This document shows positions 35,864 through 38,822 of a stretch of DNA of 38,822 nucleotides, one piece after another. The DNA is from a virus. Lineage: Duplodnaviria > Caudoviricetes. The stretch is taken from the IMG/VR virus record IMGVR_UViG_3300032328_000411, positions 1 through 38,822 of that record. One strand, written 5' to 3'. Under the pieces are notes generated by a model. That model was not told the origin of the DNA and made no database searches. It saw nothing but the letters and a program-made list of their open reading frames with translations. The position numbers and the translations under genes are program-made. Positions within the stretch are counted from its first letter, which is position 1; every line of letters begins with the position of its first letter.

Positions 35864-36634
35864 ATGGGGAAGCGCATCGCTGCCATCAGCTGCACGCATT
35901 CGCCTTTCACTCCTCCAGAGACGCACCACTGGTTGTTGAACACGCTGGCAGACCTTGGAGAGATTTCAAACTTCGTCCACCTTGGCGACATCTTCGAGGC
36001 ATCAGCAGCGAGCGTCCATCCGGACGAGGCCGACCACACCCTCCTCGACGAGTATCGACACGCATCGGCATTCATGCGATCTCTCCGCGACGTACTCGGA
36101 AAGAAGACGCACTACCACGTCTGCATGGGCAACCATGACGACAACCTGAAGTCGCAGGATCCTCGCCGTATTCCCAAGGCTTTGCGTGACGTGACCGACT
36201 TCATGCGAACAGAGCCGTTTGCAGAGGAAGCCAGGCACTGGCACTGGACGCCGTACCGGAAAGACAAGGCTGGGTGCCTTGAGATCGGACCAGTTGTTCT
36301 CACCCACGGCTTCGATGCTGGGCAGGGCAGCGACGAATTGGAGGCACTCCAGTTTATGAACATGACTGGAGGATCGGCGCATCGGTTGTTTGTGCGCGGC
36401 CACACGCATCGTCCGGTGCATCCGACCCAGTGCCGGCGCTCGCGTTCGATTCCATTGCCGTACTGGTACGCCAATGCAGGAACGTGCGGCCCGCTTCAAC
36501 CGAAGTGGATGAGTCGCAGAGACACATCTCAGTGGGGTGCGGCCATAGTCGTCATCGACCTTGTCCGTGACCCGTCCCATCGCAATCGCGGGAGACAGTG
36601 GGACGCCCGCCTTGTTCAGATGAATCAGCAGTAG
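35864..36634 (+). CDS. calcineurin-like metallophosphoesterase
   Basis: ISCTH (DxH position), LGDIFE, GNHD, THG, GHTH; AAGGAG RBS. Confidence 0.85.
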   Translation: MGKRIAAISCTHSPFTPPETHHWLLNTLADLGEISNFVHLGDIFEASAASVHPDEADHTLLDEYRHASAFMRSLRDVLGKKTHYHVCMGNHDDNLKSQDPRRIPKALRDVTDFMRTEPFAEEARHWHWTPYRKDKAGCLEIGPVVLTHGFDAGQGSDELEALQFMNMTGGSAHRLFVRGHTHRPVHPTQCRRSRSIPLPYWYANAGTCGPLQPKWMSRRDTSQWGAAIVVIDLVRDPSHRNRGRQWDARLVQMNQQ

Positions 36635-36641
36635 GAGACAC

Positions 36642-36869
36642 ATGGCAACGAAGCGTGATTACGCAAAGGAGTATCGGGAGTATCAGGGGACGCCGGAGCA
36701 GCTGCGACGGCAGAGCGAGCGGCACAAGGCCCGCCGCAAGATGGGACTCAAGACGGGCGATCCGCGTGAGGTCGATCACAAGGTTCCGCTGTCGAAGGGT
36801 GGATCGAACTCTCGGAGCAACCTCCGTGTTGTGAGCAGGACAACGAACAGAAAGAAGGGTGCGCGATGA
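36642..36869 (+). CDS. small HNH endonuclease
   Basis: RDYAKEY..EVDHKVPLSKGGSNSRSNLRVVS..NR; AGGAG RBS. Confidence 0.85.
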   Translation: MATKRDYAKEYREYQGTPEQLRRQSERHKARRKMGLKTGDPREVDHKVPLSKGGSNSRSNLRVVSRTTNRKKGAR

Positions 36870-36991
36870 AGCAGAAGAACTCACTGGTTGGCAACATCAA
36901 TCGTCGCAAGAAGGCTGGCATTAGTCGTTCCAAGTCGAAGACGACGGTCAGCGCGAAGGCGTATGGTCAGATGAAGCGGGGTTGGAAGTGA
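36866..36991 (+). CDS. 41-aa very basic peptide (below ORF-track cutoff)
   Basis: ATGA overlap; MKQKNSLVGNINRRKKAGISRSKSKTTVSAKAYGQMKRGWK. Confidence 0.65.
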   Translation: MKQKNSLVGNINRRKKAGISRSKSKTTVSAKAYGQMKRGWK

Positions 36992-37009
36992 CGCCAGCCA
37001 AGGGCTCCG

Positions 37010-38698
37010 GTGCAAAGTCTCGGCGGTCTTGATCCGAAGACTCGGGAGTACGTCGAGCGGCTCGCGAAAGAGTTTCCATTCTTTCTATCCGAGTTGTGGC
37101 GAGAGATCGGCCTGAAGTCGATTCCCAAGCACCACAAAGAGATCGCCGAGTACCTACAGCACGGCACCAACCGGCGTGGGATCCTCGCATGGCGCGGTGC
37201 CTCAAAGACATGGGTCACGATTGCATATTGCTGTTGGCGGCTGTTCACCAACGCACGGCACGAACGAATCACCTACGTCTCAAAGAGCGAGCGTGCCGCG
37301 AAGGAGTCGCTGTACTTGGCGCGCAAGTGGATTGGGCAGGCCCGGTTCCTCCAGCACTTGGTTCCTGATCGCAAGTCGGGCCAGCGCGACTCGGCGCTCA
37401 TGTTCGATGTCAACGGCACCGATCCAGACCGCACCCCGTCGTTTTGTGCCTACGGCATCACTGGTCAGATCACTGGCTCAAGGTCAACGTGCATCGTGGC
37501 CGACGACGTCGAGACCAGCGAGAACACCTTGACGCTTGACATGCGTAAGCGATTGCGAGACCAAGTAGCCGAGTTTGAGAACATCCTCATCCCCGGTGGT
37601 GACGTCGTATATCTCGGCACGCCGCACCATGAGGAGACCCTTTACGAGCACCTGATCCGAGGTGGGTATCGATTCATGGCGTGGCCTGTGAGTCATCCTG
37701 GCGAAGCAGGATGCGGCTGCCAGCTCGGGCCGATGTTCGCAGACATGGAGGCTGGCGACCTTTGCTGGCCTGAGCGGTTCGGCCGCGAGGAGCTCGCAGC
37801 GCGCGAGGCCGCCGAGGGCCGCTCGAAGTACCAGATGCAGTACCTGCTGACGTGGAAGGTTGGCGACGAGAACAGAACTCCGCTCCGGCTAGCCGACTTC
37901 ATCGTCTTTGCAATGGACCGCGACAAGGCACCAATGACCATCGCTTGGGGAGCAACCAATTCCGCCGGCCAGAGCACCCGCATTGAGTCGATCCCCAGCC
38001 TTGGATTCGGAACGGATGGCTACCAAGCGCCCATCATGTTTGACAAGGATTGGGCCAAGTACACGGGTACGCGGATGTGGGTAGATCCCAGCGGAAAGGG
38101 CGAAGATGAGACCGCGTTCGCGATAGTTAGCCACATGAACGGGTATCTTTGGTGCAAGGCAGTTGGCGGACTTCCGGGCGGATACAGCCCCTCGACGCTT
38201 GATGAGCTGGTTCAGGTAGCAAAGCGCCACGGAGTGACCGACCTGTACGTCGAAGACAACTTCGGCCAGGGCATGATGGCGCAGTTGCTGGAACCCTATC
38301 TCCAAAGGGAGTTTACGGAACCGGGAACGGACGCCTTGAACCCCGATGGATGGGCATGTTCGGTTGAAACGGTGCGCGTGAGCGGGCAGAAGGAAACGCG
38401 CATCATCGACAACCTAGAGCCCATCCTAAACCAGCACCGGCTGGTGATTCATCCGGAAGTGGCGCAGGACGAGGTGCTTCAGCACCAGTTGACGCGCATT
38501 ACGCGCCAGCGTGGATGCCTTGATCACGACGACCGGGTTGAGGCATTGGCAATGGCGGTGTGGTTGTGGAAGAAAGACATGGCTCAAGACCCGGAACGAG
38601 CCGTCGAAAGATCACGCCAGCGGGCCATCGAGGATGAGCTCCGAAGGGTGTACTCAGAGTACTCCCCAAAGGGTCGCAGATGGTTCAACAGACAATGA
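37010..38698 (+). CDS. terminase large subunit (T7 gp19-like)
   Basis: AWRGASKTW, GITGQITGSR..IVADDVE, YLGTP, VDPSGKGEDET, VEDNFGQGM, QKETRIID.LEP, HDDRVEAL. Confidence 0.96.
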   Translation: MQSLGGLDPKTREYVERLAKEFPFFLSELWREIGLKSIPKHHKEIAEYLQHGTNRRGILAWRGASKTWVTIAYCCWRLFTNARHERITYVSKSERAAKESLYLARKWIGQARFLQHLVPDRKSGQRDSALMFDVNGTDPDRTPSFCAYGITGQITGSRSTCIVADDVETSENTLTLDMRKRLRDQVAEFENILIPGGDVVYLGTPHHEETLYEHLIRGGYRFMAWPVSHPGEAGCGCQLGPMFADMEAGDLCWPERFGREELAAREAAEGRSKYQMQYLLTWKVGDENRTPLRLADFIVFAMDRDKAPMTIAWGATNSAGQSTRIESIPSLGFGTDGYQAPIMFDKDWAKYTGTRMWVDPSGKGEDETAFAIVSHMNGYLWCKAVGGLPGGYSPSTLDELVQVAKRHGVTDLYVEDNFGQGMMAQLLEPYLQREFTEPGTDALNPDGWACSVETVRVSGQKETRIIDNLEPILNQHRLVIHPEVAQDEVLQHQLTRITRQRGCLDHDDRVEALAMAVWLWKKDMAQDPERAVERSRQRAIEDELRRVYSEYSPKGRRWFNRQ

Positions 38699-38702
38699 CA
38701 AC

Positions 38703-38743
38703 GTCCGAATAAAATGGGAAGTCACTTCCCATTTTATCCGGAC
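38703..38743. repeat. 41-bp near-perfect palindrome
   Basis: GTCCGAATAAAATGGGAAGT-C-ACTTCCCATTTTATCCGGAC: 20-bp arms with one mismatch and a 1-nt centre. Confidence 0.9.
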
Positions 38744-38752
38744 CTTGGACGT

Positions 38753-38822
38753 GGGGAGGGGGAGGAAAGGGGGGACTATAGGGGGGATAGGGAGGGGGAG
38801 GGGAAAACAACCCCTCACCCCC
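38753..38822. repeat. G-tract-rich non-coding end region containing GACTATAGGGGGG
   Basis: Several runs of 4-6 G, ending in a GGGGAGGGG..CCCCTCACCCC hairpin. Confidence 0.6.

Larger units (their letters stand above)
1..38822 (+). mobile_element. near-complete, probably temperate T7-like (Autographiviridae-related) phage genome
   Basis: Unidirectional gene order with T7-type RNAP, gp8-gp12, gp14-16, gp18-19 equivalents plus an integrase; no host housekeeping genes. Confidence 0.92.

Noticed and set aside
1-38822. CRISPR array, tRNA, rRNA, reverse transcriptase/DGR or alternative genetic code
   Set aside because: No repeat-spacer array, cloverleaf or RT motif seen; genes read through intact in the standard code.

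Overview
The window is most of a ~39 kb phage genome with every credible gene on the + strand; it begins inside a gene and ends just after the terminase, so both genome ends may be missing. The right two-thirds is a T7-like (Autographiviridae-type) module: single-subunit RNA polymerase, portal, scaffold, major capsid, fibres, tail tube proteins, three ejection proteins and small/large terminase. The left third is not T7-like. It holds a C-rich leader (beta-clamp-like fragment, very acidic mini-protein, ArdC), a sigma70 promoter surrounded by AGTCCAC repeats, a small regulator, a tyrosine integrase and a lambdoid/Rac-type module (annealase, RecE-like exonuclease, SF2 helicase, stand-alone primase, DUF1064 nuclease). 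I find no DNA polymerase, DnaB/gp4 helicase, SSB, ligase or endolysin. The RNAP is the last, translationally coupled gene of this module. Best candidate for a new system: a probably temperate, DNA-polymerase-less T7-like phage using its RNAP only as a late-gene switch. Other oddities are tandem gp11 paralogues, adhesin-like insertions in the nozzle, a u-spanin-like lipoprotein, a structured capsid leader and a 41-bp palindrome at the right end. All calls come from reading motifs by eye; no searches were run.
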